Assembly: GCF_036971445.1 (NCBI RefSeq)
Contig: NC_091473.1
Span: 205,592,001 to 205,656,000, forward strand
Direction: 5' to 3'
Length of the DNA stretch: 64,000 bases
Source of the DNA: Narcine bancroftii
Taxonomy: Eukaryota
Part shown: positions 40,019 to 51,216 of the stretch, in pieces
How positions within the stretch are numbered: the first letter of the stretch is position 1
How the letters are laid out: each line of letters opens with the position of its first letter
Program-made: the position numbers and the translations under genes
The notes under the pieces: model-generated
Seen by the model: only the letters and a program-made list of their open reading frames with translations
Databases searched by the model: none
Told to the model about the DNA's origin: nothing

Positions 40019-41687
40019 GAATTTCATCGTTTTTCACGTCCGCTTGGTTTCAAAATCAGGAGAAGATATTCTTTAATTCAATCAATCCTATTCTGTAGCT
40101 GGTAAATGATTGACAATGCAAGAGATATTTTGGAATACGACGGATATTGTACCTATTGTGCATTACGGAGGAGGTGTTAGTGTTCGGTGCGTGAGCTGAC
40201 AGGAATGAAGAAAAGATAAAAGTGGAGTGAATGTCCCATCGAGATCTAAACGTGACAGATTAAATCCAGAGATCTTTTATTTCAGATTATATACAATTCT
40301 TTTCCTCTTGCCCATTTGGATTATAATGCACGTTTTACGTGGTGAGTTCATGTTTCGATGGCGTTGTTTTGATTAACTTCCTGAGTGCTCAGAGTTTAAG
40401 AATAATTATAATAGATTTATTGTCATTCATATTATACAATGTACAAATGGAGCAGTTTAGTGAACAACAGTTTGCGTTAAATTATGAATAAATATGAAAG
40501 ATATGTTTATAAAAATATTCATAATTACCATCGTGCAAAAAGATAACTGCATTACATTAGTTTCTGAGAAATGTTGTTGACGTCTTTGGCGATCATTCAA
40601 TGTATCAGTATCACTTCAGTTGAAATCCGAAACAGGACAAAGTGTAACATTGTATTGCCGTTTTATGGTAGGTCCAGTATCCGGGAGAATCAACCAAACA
40701 TCGACTATGGATATTCTGCAGAGCTGTCAGCTGATCTCATAGCCAGGTATGCTTTTTATTATCTTCATAATTCCTGTCTCCGACTTAGCCAAGCATCATT
40801 CAGTGTCTTTGAATGGCCTCTATTTTTCATTCCTTTCTTTTATTGTTAGATGGCCGGGCAATGCTCATCCTGACACTGTATGTGGCTTTCGGGAGTCGAA
40901 AGCTGGAGTTTTTCCACATTTTTAACGTGGTATCACGTGAAAATAAGGATAACATTTGAAACCAATACTGTGGCAGATCAATCATCGTTTGGAACAAATT
41001 TCAACATCAAGACAGGCCACCGAGAGACTAACGCTTACTTGATAAGCAAAAGTACCTGCCTTTCTGCGGCAAGTAATAATTTCCGTGCACTAATTAGTTG
41101 AACATTGCAGATAACAATGAATGCACTATCACTAGCTTTTATCAAGTATATTTGTGAAACAACAAAAGCTGTTACTCATAGTTTCCACATTTTTATGCCC
41201 CTTCTTTAACATGTCCAGAACTCACTCTTGCGACATTTGAAAACATAGAATTTTCATGAGCAATTACCTAATTGGCATTCTTATCTGGGTAACTACGTCG
41301 TTATAGATTCCAGCTCGAGGAATGACCTTTGTGCTGAGAAGGCGACTCTCCTTGATTCTAGCTTCCGCAGAGGGAATCATCACAGGCAAAGGATAAAGGT
41401 TCGTGCTCAAATTAATCCGGTTATGAGATACCAGATAATAATAGTCCTTTAGCTTCTATTTATAAACGCCTTTAGCTTCCTCGGGAGAAGAGCATAGATG
41501 TTATCTTCATTTCCTCACAGCAACATGATACGATTCATGTTTGATTCCAAATCTAGCATCAAATCCTCCATCTGATACATACTGATTGAAATATCCATGT
41601 ACTTCCATCAACATTTGACATAAAGTCTCCTATGCCTACCTTGACATACGTCCACATCGCTCAAAATTTCTGTGTTTTTTTTTGCAG

Positions 41688-41975
41688 GTGTCAATGGCGC
41701 CGATTCAAAGGACCGATATCCATCTGATCTGAAAGCTGAAGAATAACAAAATATAACTGAACAACAGTTACCATGCAGCACTATCTGCTTTAAGGATCTT
41801 CTGATACCCGCAGTATCCCGGAGAAACACTCGTCTATCTAGTGAAGATTTTGTCTACTGCATACAGAGGCCGGTCACCTTAATTCACAGTTAGGTGTTTT
41901 GCTGTGTATCAGAACTAAACACTATTGATACATTTTCCAAATTGCTCCGTCGTGATCTCAGCATTGTATGTGTAT
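41688..41975 (+). pseudogene. TCR V pseudogene, 3' end truncated by L1
   Basis: Acceptor tttgcag, then GVNGADSKDRYPSDLKAEE*...IF*YPQYPGETLVYLVKILST...SALYVY, running into the 3' tail of a minus-strand L1. Confidence 0.75.
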
Positions 41976-44710
41976 CTTTAAAAAAAACAACTTTATTTAA
42001 TATATTGAAAACAAAAACTTTAACAAATTGCATAATATAAAAATCAAAATTGCAAGACTTCGCAACCCATTCCACTCATCCTCAGGAAACCCCACAAGTG
42101 AAGCATTAAGAAAATAAAATAATACATACAGCAGTTTAAGATAATACTAAATTCATACATTTCAAATAAGGCGACAACATCTGAACAAAAATGTAATAAT
42201 TAGCATTCAAATTAGATGTTATTTTCTCCGTATAAATACAGGTCCTCAACTCGTTATGCCAGCGATTTACATTTATCTCAACTTCGTCTTTCGAAAAAAA
42301 TCGCAACACATTTACATGCTACAGCCAATGCTAAATATAGAAAATGCTGTCTCATATTTATCTGACCCAAAATCCAAAAATGGAGCAGGATAACCCAACA
42401 AAATATATTTTGGATCTTATAAAAGTTGGATTTTATACAAATGTTGAAGAAATTCCTTCATTATCCGCCAAAATGATTGAATTTTATCACAAAGCCAAAC
42501 GCAATGTAAGCATGTTCCTCCACATAATCCACATCTAAAACATGACTCTGAATTACTAAATCCATAACATTTTAAATTTCGCAGGGGTTAGATATAACTA
42601 ATGCACAAAATATAATTAATTATACTATATTTTACATGAAACAATTTAGTTACACCATCAAAACACATCAACTCCCAATCGACCGGATTAATATCACAAC
42701 TTAAATAATTTTTCCATTTAATCCTATATTTATCGAAATTTATTTTATCCACCTTCTCTTGTAACAACGCATTCATCTCAGAAATAAAATACTTATTTGA
42801 AAAATGAGAAATAATAAACTCAAATTTAGTTAACTGAGGAATTTTCATTTTCCTTCCAAAATTATGTTTCACTTACAGCTATGCCTTTGGCTTGGCTTCG
42901 TGGACGAAGTTTTATGGAGGGGTAATGTCCACGTCAGCTGCAGGCCTATTTGTGGCTGACAAGTCTGATGTGGGACAGGCAGACACGGTTGCAGCGGTTG
43001 CAAGGGAAAATTGGTTGGTTGGGGTTGGGTGTTGGGTTTTTCCTCCTTTGTCTTTCGAAAGTGAGGTGGGCTCTGCGGTCTTCTTTAAAGGAGGTTGCTG
43101 CCCGCCGAACCGTGAGGCGCCAAGATGCACGGTTTGAGGCAATATCAGCCCACTGGCGATGGCCAATGTGGCAGGCACCAAGAACTTTCTTTAGGCAGTC
43201 CTTGTACCTCTTCTTTGGTGCACCTCTCTCTCGGTGGCCAGTGGAGAGCTCGACATATAACACGATCTTGGGAAGGCGATGGTCCTCCATTCTGGAGACG
43301 TGACCCACCCAGCGCAGTTTGATCTTCAGCAGCGTGGATTTGATGCTGTTGGCCTCTGCCATCTCGAGTACTTCGATGTTGGAGATGAAGTCGCTCCAAT
43401 GAATGTTGAGGATGGAGTGGAGACAACGCTTGTGGAAGCGTTCTAGCGTTCACTAACGGTATAATTTGATAATAAATAAACAAAGAATTCACTGAAATTC
43501 CACATTTCTCTCTAAGCTGATTAAATGATAAAAGTTTATCCTCTTCAAAACAATCCTGCATCGAGTTTATTTTTTTTTAGTCTGCCATTCTCTTAGAAAT
43601 CTATTATTCAATGAAAAAGGAATCAATTTATTTTGGTACATTGGGGCTTGATCCGATATTTTAACTTTCGAGCCTATTAATAAATTCCTTTTAGTCCAAA
43701 TCTCTAAAAAATATTTTAAAATCGGTACGTTATATCTCCATAATAAAACAGAATTCCACTTAAATACAAATTGATGTGAATAAGGTTCCCACATACCAGG
43801 CAGTTCTACCATGGCCCAACTGGGGGTGGGGGGCACGAAACATCCAGCTTATGGTTAATAAATGTTAATTGAGCAGCTTCAAAATAATTTTGAAAATGAA
43901 TTAATTGTAAATCTCCCAAAGCATATTTAGAAGTCAATTTATGTATCACAACTCTGGCTAATTTCCCATTCCATAAAAACTCTCGAACTACTTTATTTAA
44001 ATCCTGAAAAAAAAAAATTTTTGGAACTAAACAAGGAATCGACACGAATAGATGCTGAATTCGCGGAAATATATTCATCTTAATACAAATTACTCGATCT
44101 ATTAATGAGAAAGTTAAATCCTTCCATTTAATAAAATCTGCTTTAATCTTTCTCATTAATGGTACATAGTTTAAATTATACAATGATTGAAGATTTACAT
44201 CAATCATTGTGCTTCATGACTTAATTTGATCAGTCCAACTTAGTTTAGTAATTTGTTTACACTGGTCATAATTTCGCTCTGAAATTGGTAATATTTCACT
44301 TTTTATCCCAATTCACTTTATATCCTGATAATTTATCATATTGTTCTAAACATTCTTGCAGTAAATTAAAGATAGTTCGAGATTAGTTAAATATATCAAA
44401 TCGTCATCAGGAAATAAATTAATTAATCTTCTGTTACCCTTAGAACTCTGATATTCTCATTCTGCCTAATAGCTTGAGCAAATGGTTCGATGACCAACGC
44501 AAATAGAACTGGCGACAAAGGACAATCTTGACGAGTTGAATGAGATAATTTAAAGAAAGAAGAGGTTTGACCATTTTTCGACACCCTAGCAACGGGATGA
44601 TTATATAATGCCATCATCAAACCAATAAAAAAGTGTACAAAAATATATTTTCCAAATCATTAAATAAAATATTGCATTCGACGCTTTCAAAAGCCTTTTC
44701 AGCATCTAGA
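41976..44710 (-). mobile_element. 5'-truncated L1 ORF2 (RT to 3' end) with a nested RTE
   Basis: LDAEKAF; TRQDCPLSPVLFALVIEPFA; KMNIFPRI. Confidence 0.9.
42880..43446 (-). mobile_element. RTE-clade LINE 3' fragment nested in L1
   Basis: KLRWVGHVSRMEDHRLPKIVLY...FPCNRCNRVCLSHIRLVSH; same family as 11047. Confidence 0.9.
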
Positions 44711-44988
44711 CGCCTCGGAATTGGTCGTCTATGAAAGGCAGATCGTATCACTGAGCTGCAGTTACTCGATGAGCCTGACGGCATGTTTTTGGTACATTCA
44801 TCAACCTGGTGAATCTCCCAAATATTTGCTGAACATCTACAAGTCAGGAAAGGCGATTATCCGGAGAAGATATCGGGTACATTGGAGAAAATGAGCCTGA
44901 AATCCCACCTTAACATCTCTAAAAGGCTTGTGGAGGATTCCGCCGTGTATTTCTGCGCACCGGACAGTGGCAGAATCGTTCAAAAATC
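44711..44988 (+). pseudogene. TCR V pseudogene (family of the intact V): 5'-truncated, frameshifted, heptamer deleted
   Basis: LVVYERQIVSLSCSYSMSLTACFWYIHQPGESPKYLLNIYKSG, frameshift, DYPEKISGTLEK...EDSAVYFCA; nonamer-like TCAAAAATC at 44980. Confidence 0.88.
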
Positions 44989-45744
44989 GTAGCACACGAA
45001 ATTCAACCTGACGCATTGGCTCGGGGGCGCCCTCGATAACGGAATGGAAGCGGCAGCGCGATCTTCCTGGAGAGTCTGCAGCAACGCGGAGTTGCTAGAG
45101 TTCTGCCGTCCTATCATCGTTTCTCTCTCTCTGCGTGCTCTGTGTCTGGGGGTGGGAGGTTGTACGTCATGAAGAAATAGACAGCTATTTTCTCGTATTT
45201 TGTACTTAAACGAAGGAGTGTTGGTTAGATAGAAGGAAGGGAGAGATTAGCACTACTCTCGGAAGGTTAAAAAAAATGTAAAAGGGAGTCGCGTCTAAAC
45301 ACAACGGGAGAAGCGGCGAGGGGGCCCAGGAAAATAAGAGAAGGTGATATGAAGGGATCAGCAAGTGTGAAGAAGATAAAGACGTGGGCAGTGTAAATGT
45401 AGACGTAGAAATACGAGCGGAAATGACTGAGAATGAGAAGAGCCAACATTAATACCCAGATTTCATTGGTCCAGGAACGGCGCCCTCTTGAGCCGATGTG
45501 CGATGTGGGCGCCCTCCTGTGTGTCCTTGAGGATGGATCGCCACTGACGCGACCCTACACTCTTATATCGGGTAAAATGTTGAATTAATCGCTGTTTATC
45601 TTCATCCTGGCTTCATCCCCATTCATTTGTTTGCTGATTCTGTGGGCCGTTCGATTTGGCGAGCCTCTGACCTATTAGTCAGGGCGTGTCCCTACCGGCT
45701 CAGCGCAATTCCTTGCATATCCTGTACTGCCTGCTACGTTCCAG

Positions 45745-46063
45745 AAACAAATGGGGAAATGTAGTAATACACGGAAATGGCTGCGGGAAGCCAAGCAGTG
45801 TCACTGACACTAGTTACTCGACAAGTGTTACCTTATAATATTGGGACGTTAAAATTCCCGTGGATCGTGAAATCTTGGATATAACATCCTATTCGATGTG
45901 GTTCGTTCTCACGATCGCCCCGATAGGATGACGGTTACTTTGGAGAAAAAGGTCCAGATATTACACCTCAATATCTCGAAAACTCTTGAAACGAATTGGC
46001 CTTGTTTCTCTGCGCGGTGGGCCTCACACTGTTCTTTGGAAATTGCGGAGAGGCACAAAAGCT
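45745..46063 (+). pseudogene. Degenerate TCR V pseudogene (type B) with well-formed 23-RSS
   Basis: Acceptor ttccag; DVVRSHDRPDRMTVTLEKKVQILHLNIS...LFLCAVG; CACACTG-23-ACAAAAGCT at 46025-46063; leader remnant ~45615-45660. Confidence 0.82.
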
Positions 46064-46469
46064 GATTCTGAAATCGGATGTGGTTTGAAACAAAAGGGGA
46101 GAAAGAGGGCGGGATCTCCCGTTAGGCAATGCAAAAGGCTGAGCATGTGTAAATGTTAGATAGAACGAGCTAGAGGAATAGAATGAAAGAAGGGGAGAGA
46201 GGGAGCGAGGGAGGAGATAAAAAGACGGAAGACACGGGGGAGTGTACAAATAGAGGAAGAAACCATGAAAGAAGGCCAGCGCGTTGCAGACTGCCTTCAC
46301 AACTCTCTGATTTGTTCACGAATTATATCATCAACCAATCCTTTGTGAAGGAAACTCATTCATATCTGCCCCAGGTTGTTCGTTCACTCATAACATCGAC
46401 CGACCCGTATTTCTCTGTATTCAGCTGTCATACAGGAAAATCTTCACTTTTGACCTTAATCCGCATATC

Positions 46470-47266
46470 ATGAGTGTTTTGTGTTGTTTGCCGATTCTTT
46501 GGGTTGTTTTGACTGGTAAGCCTGTCCCATTGGTCACCGAACTCTGTCCATTCCTCGTACTCGACGTGTCTTTAACTTTAACATAAGTAAAGTTAGATGA
46601 TTTCCCCCAAGAATCACACTCCTTAGCTGTCCCTCCGTTTACTCGTTCACTGTCTACTTACTGATCTACATCGCGCGTCCCCTACCCCCTTTCTCTCTAT
46701 CCATATCGCTCCTCGCCGCTCTAATGAGAGAGAAACAAACCCGGTCTCCAATAGAGGTTTTTCAGCATCCAACGTTAGCTTGCGACCTTGTGTCGGGTGA
46801 GCATTTGGAAAATTTCTTTCTTCCGAATTGAGGCCGGAAATCATGTTCCTCCTGAAGATCTGGCAGATTGTAAGGGCCGTTCACCCAACTGAGACAGATT
46901 CGTCAACAAGTGCCGTGCGGGTTCAGTGCCGTCTAACGGCGTTCACTCATTCTGCTTTGTTCCAGGGGCGAGTGCGAATGATTCAGTAACCCAAAGACCG
47001 CCGCAAATAATCGTTGATGAAGGGCAGATTGTGGAACTGAACTGTAGTTACTCGATGAGCCCCTATGCTTATTTTTGGTACATTCAACATCCCGGAGAAT
47101 CACCAAAATATTTGCTGAAAATCCAGACGTCAGGACAGGTGGTTCCTTCTCGCGATTGCCCTGAGAGGATATCGGGTTCCTTAGAGAAAACGAGCCAGAG
47201 ATTTCACCTCAATATCTCACAAATCCGCGTGGAGGATTCCGCCGTGTATCTCTGTGCCGTGGAGCT
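46470..47266 (+). CDS. TRAV: Intact TCR V gene segment (alpha/delta-type): leader exon 46470-46515, intron 46516-46965, V exon 46966-47266
   Basis: Leader MSVLCCLPILWVVLT-G followed by gtaag. Phase-1 acceptor ttccag. Open V exon ASANDSVTQ...ELNCSY...YFWYIQHPGESPKYLLKI...EDSAVYLCAVE with Cys23, Trp41 and Cys104, then a 23-RSS. TRAV vs TRDV cannot be settled without J/C. Confidence 0.9.
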
Positions 47267-47305
47267 CACGCTGTTCCAGGGCGGTGGGGGTTCTGTACAA
47301 AAACT
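47267..47305 (+). promoter_or_regulatory. 23-spacer recombination signal sequence of the intact V
   Basis: CACGCTG + 23 nt (ttccagggcggtgggggttctgt) + ACAAAAACT. Confidence 0.92.
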
Positions 47306-47439
47306 CACCTCGTGATTTTTCATCGCTCGCGGTGGCTTGGGGGCGCTCTCGGTCTCCGGAATACAGTTCTGTCATTCAGATTAATTGAAGGGTGAAGTTA
47401 ACGCCGAGGTGCTGGAGATTTTCCCTCCTCTTGCGTTTC

Positions 47440-48010
47440 TTTTTCACTTCTTCCGTTTCGTGTCTTTGAGTTTGAAGGTAGGAGAAAAAGTGAATAGCTG
47501 TTTCCGAGAATATAGTGGGAAAAGGGAAGTTGTGTTTTTGTGATGGAAATTTAGAGATTGATAAAGACGGCGTGGGTAGGGCAGGAGCGTGGCCCCACAT
47601 TCATGAGTGCACATGGGATAGAGTAGGGGACAAAGCAGGCATTGATGCGTGTTTCTGATCATCGTAGAGGAGATGATGTTGCCGATCAGCACTGTTGGGT
47701 CTTCCAATGAGGAAGTCACAGATCAAGTCACAGAAGGCTGGACAAAGTCCCGGATCCTTTAGATTGGTAATCGGCTTTGCAAGTGTGAGGGTGTTGAACG
47801 CCGAACATTAGTCCATGAACAGCAAAGCCACCAAGGTGCTTCGGCGGTCTAGGTCATTTAATGCGTAGTGGACTGTCAACGATAGTGGGGTCGTCAGTTG
47901 TGGCGACGTGCGATGGGCGAATTGAAGTGCGTCCAGGTCCTTCCCGTGATTTGTGGTAATGCGCTCGATATGCAACCGGCCAAAAAATTTCCTCCAAGTC
48001 ATTTACCTTG
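47440..48010 (-). mobile_element. Rex1/Babar-like LINE RT fragment
   Basis: LDALQFAHR...SLTVHYALNDLD...VALLFMD. Confidence 0.75.
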
Positions 48011-48362
48011 CTCCTATTGGACAAGACAAGGAGAGAGCACAGTGGAAGCAAAAGTTCACAGAAATGCTGGAGCAACACAGCCGGTGTCGCAGATCCCAAA
48101 AGGAGTGAAAAATACCTAACCGATGTTTCGGGTCTGAGCCCTTCTTCAATCAATAACAGAATCTCAAGAAGGTGTTAAAATAAATACTGCAGACTGACCG
48201 GGTTTGGGGGGAAGGGTAGTCCAGAACGACAGTTGCTAATTGGATATGGAAGGTAAAGAGGTGAAAGTTGATTTCTTTCTGTCAAGGGAGACGGGGAAAT
48301 TCGCACAGACAGAGACACAGAACGAGAGACACGGATATATAGATGAGGGAGAGATTTTGAGT

Positions 48363-48398
<36 letters not shown>

Positions 48399-48613
48399 AA
48401 TAGCGGGTGAGAGAGACCCGCGGGGAAGTGCAACAGGAGGAAGAATTACCTGTTTAACTTTATCCTGACTTCCTCCTCTTTCAGTTGTTTTCTGATTCTG
48501 TGGACCCTCCTACTTGGCGAACCTCTGACTGATTGGTCAGCTCGTGTCCCCCCCCCCCCCCCCCGTCTCAGCGCAATTTCTCGCATATTTCATACACTGC
48601 GAGTTTCGTTCAG

Positions 48614-48832
48614 GCACAAATTGAAATATCGTGGCCCATATATTATATGGTTAAAATTAATAACCTAGACGATGTGGTTCCACCTCAAATTGTCCGGACA
48701 AGATGACTTTGGAGAAAAGGTGCCGGATATTTCACCTGAATACCTTGAAAACTGTTGAAGCGGACTTGGCCGTGTCCGTCAGCGCGGTGTGTCTCACGCT
48801 GTTCTTTGGAAATTGCGGGACGCACAAAAAAC
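48614..48832 (+). pseudogene. Internally deleted type-B V pseudogene with RSS
   Basis: Paralogous to 45745-46063; CACGCTG-22-ACAAAAAAC at 48795-48832. Confidence 0.78.
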
Positions 48833-49222
48833 GATTCTGAAATCGGATATGGTTTGAAATTAAACCCGAGAAAGAAGATGCAAGAGCACGGTAGGGATTG
48901 CTTAATATTAAACAGGAGAAAATGTGAGACAGAGTTAGCGTTAAGAATAGAACGAAAGAAGGAGAGAGGGGGCGAGGGAGGAGATAAAAAAGGGTAGATG
49001 CGGGGAGTGTACGGGTAGAGGATTCGTGAAGCGAGGGGAATGCGATGCAAAGTGTCTTCACTAACACGATCTTTTTGGTTGAATAATGACCACACCAACC
49101 AATCCTGTATGAAGGAAACACTCGCATATCTGTTCGAACTGTTAGACCGCTCATAACATCGCCCACCAATTGTAGTACGGTAACATCAGGAAATCTTCGC
49201 TGATGATCTTAATCCACATACC

Positions 49223-50038
49223 ATATTCTTCCTGAGTGGTTTGGTGATTCTTTGGGCCGTTCTAACTGGTGAGCCTGTCTGACTAGTCAGTGAACTCTGC
49301 CACTGCTCTTTTTCTACGAATCTCTAGCTTTAACCTAATTAAAGACAGACAATTTCCCAAATCCTTTCGCTATCCCTTGCACGTTCTTCCTCCGCTTACT
49401 AATTTACCCACTCTTTGTGTTTACTGAACTTCCTCGCAGTTTCACTGTTGCTCTCCATCACCCCTCTCTCGCTCTTCGCCGTTTTCGTGCGAGGGTAACC
49501 GCGACACAAAGAGAGTTTCTGTTGCTTCCGACGTTGGTATGGTCGAGGATTTGTAAAATATCCTTCTTCCGAATTTAGACTGGCCATCATGTTACTACTG
49601 ATTTGATGGCCGATTCTATGCACCGTTCCGCATGTTGAGACTAATTGGTCAACTAGTGCCGCGCGGGTTCAGTGCCATCCAGCCACGTTCACTTATTTTG
49701 TTTCGGTCCAGGGGCGAGGTCGAAGGATTTAGTGACACAAAGCCCGCCGCAAATGATAGTGGATGAAGGACAGATCGTATCAATGAGCTGTAGTTACTTG
49801 ATTAGCACCGACACTAATTTGTGGTACATTCAACATCCCGGAGAAACTCCTAATTATTTGCTGACAATCTACACGTCCCAAGTCGTCGTTCAGGCTCACG
49901 ATTGTCCTGAGAGAATATCGCGGTGTTGGGTGAAAAAGAAAATGAAATCCCACCTCAATATCTCAGAAAGCCTTGTGCAGGATTCCGTAGTGTATCTCAC
50001 GCAGCTGCACGGCAGTGGCCGATCCACACACAAAAAAA
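49223..50038 (+). pseudogene. TCR V pseudogene: leader start ATG>ATA (49223-49268); V exon from 49712 lacks Cys104
   Basis: KDLVTQSPPQMIVDEGQIVSMSCSY...LWYIQHPGETPNYLLTI...QDSVVY runs directly into CACGCAG (49998); 15-nt deletion relative to the intact paralogue. Confidence 0.9.
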
Positions 50039-50102
50039 CGAACCTCATGTAATTTAATCAGCGCAATTCTTCACATATATTAAACTGCGTTCTTCTTTCA
50101 AG

Positions 50103-50390
50103 GAACAAATGGGGAAATGTAGTGTCACATGGACATGGCCGCGGGAAGGAAAGCAGTGTGACTGACTTTAGTGACCCAACAAATGGTACCTTATATTTTT
50201 GGTACCTTAAAATGCCCGTTGACCGTTAAAAAATGGGTATAACATCCTAGTTGTCCGGACAGGATGACGGTTACTTTGGAGAAAAGGGGCAGGATATTCC
50301 ACCTCAAAGATCTTGAACTGGCTTGGCCGTGTACCTCTGCACGATGCGGCTAACACTGTTCTTTGGAAAATGCGGTGACGCATGAAAGCT
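50103..50390 (+). pseudogene. Type-B V pseudogene with dead RSS
   Basis: YFWYLKMP...AVYLCTMR; AACACTG-23-ATGAAAGCT at 50352-50390. Confidence 0.78.
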
Positions 50391-50787
50391 GATTCTGAAA
50401 TCGGATTTGGGTGGAATCAAAACCGGAGACAGAGGACGCGAGAGGGGGTTAGGGACTTCTTATGACCGAGCAGCTGAAAATATTAGATACAATGAGCTAG
50501 AGGAATAGAATGAAAAAAGGGGAGAGAGGGAACGGGGAAGGAGATATAAAAGAGGTAAGACTCAGGGATGTAGAGGTAGAAAAAGAAACCTTGGTGAAAG
50601 AAGGAGAACGCGATGCAGACTGTCTACTCAACGCCATCTGATTGGTTGATGAATGATATGATCAAGCAATGCTGTGTGAAGGAAACATTCATATCTTCCC
50701 CAGGTGTTCGTCGCTCATGACATCTTCGCAACATTTGTACTGCGGTAAAATAAAGAAATCTTTGCTGATGATCTTAATTAACATACC

Positions 50788-50833
50788 ATGATCTTCCTGA
50801 GTGGTTTGGTGGTTCTGTGGGCCGTTCTGACTT
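50788..50833 (+). pseudogene. Orphan intact V leader exon
   Basis: MIFLSGLVVLWAVLT followed by gtgagt. Intron homology to 49269+ stops at the CT tract ~50930 and no cognate V exon follows. Confidence 0.8.
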
Positions 50834-51166
50834 GTGAGTCTGTCTGACTGGTCAGCGACATTTGCCATTGTACTTTCTCTACCTCTCGAGCTTTAACCTA
50901 ATTAAAGACAGACATTTTCCCCAAACTCTCTCTCTCTCTCTCCCTCTCCCTCCCTCCTTGCTCAAGCGCTGTATAACTGCATGAAGCTAATTTTCTTGAA
51001 TTTTAAATATGTTGGGAAAACAGGAAAAACAATGAACTGTAAATCTCTTTGAGAAATAGGTAACACATTAAATAGTTTGCAGGTGGCTGTATTTGGAGAG
51101 TTGGGTATGGGAGAGGTGGAGAGCTGGAGAGGGAGAGGTGGGGAGAGAGAGAAAGAGAGAGAGAGC

Positions 51167-51216
<50 letters not shown>

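Noticed and set aside
45745-47305. NAR-TCR-like double-V receptor
   Set aside because: No D or J lies between the Vs, the upstream V is TCR-like rather than IgNAR-like, and the downstream V has its own leader.
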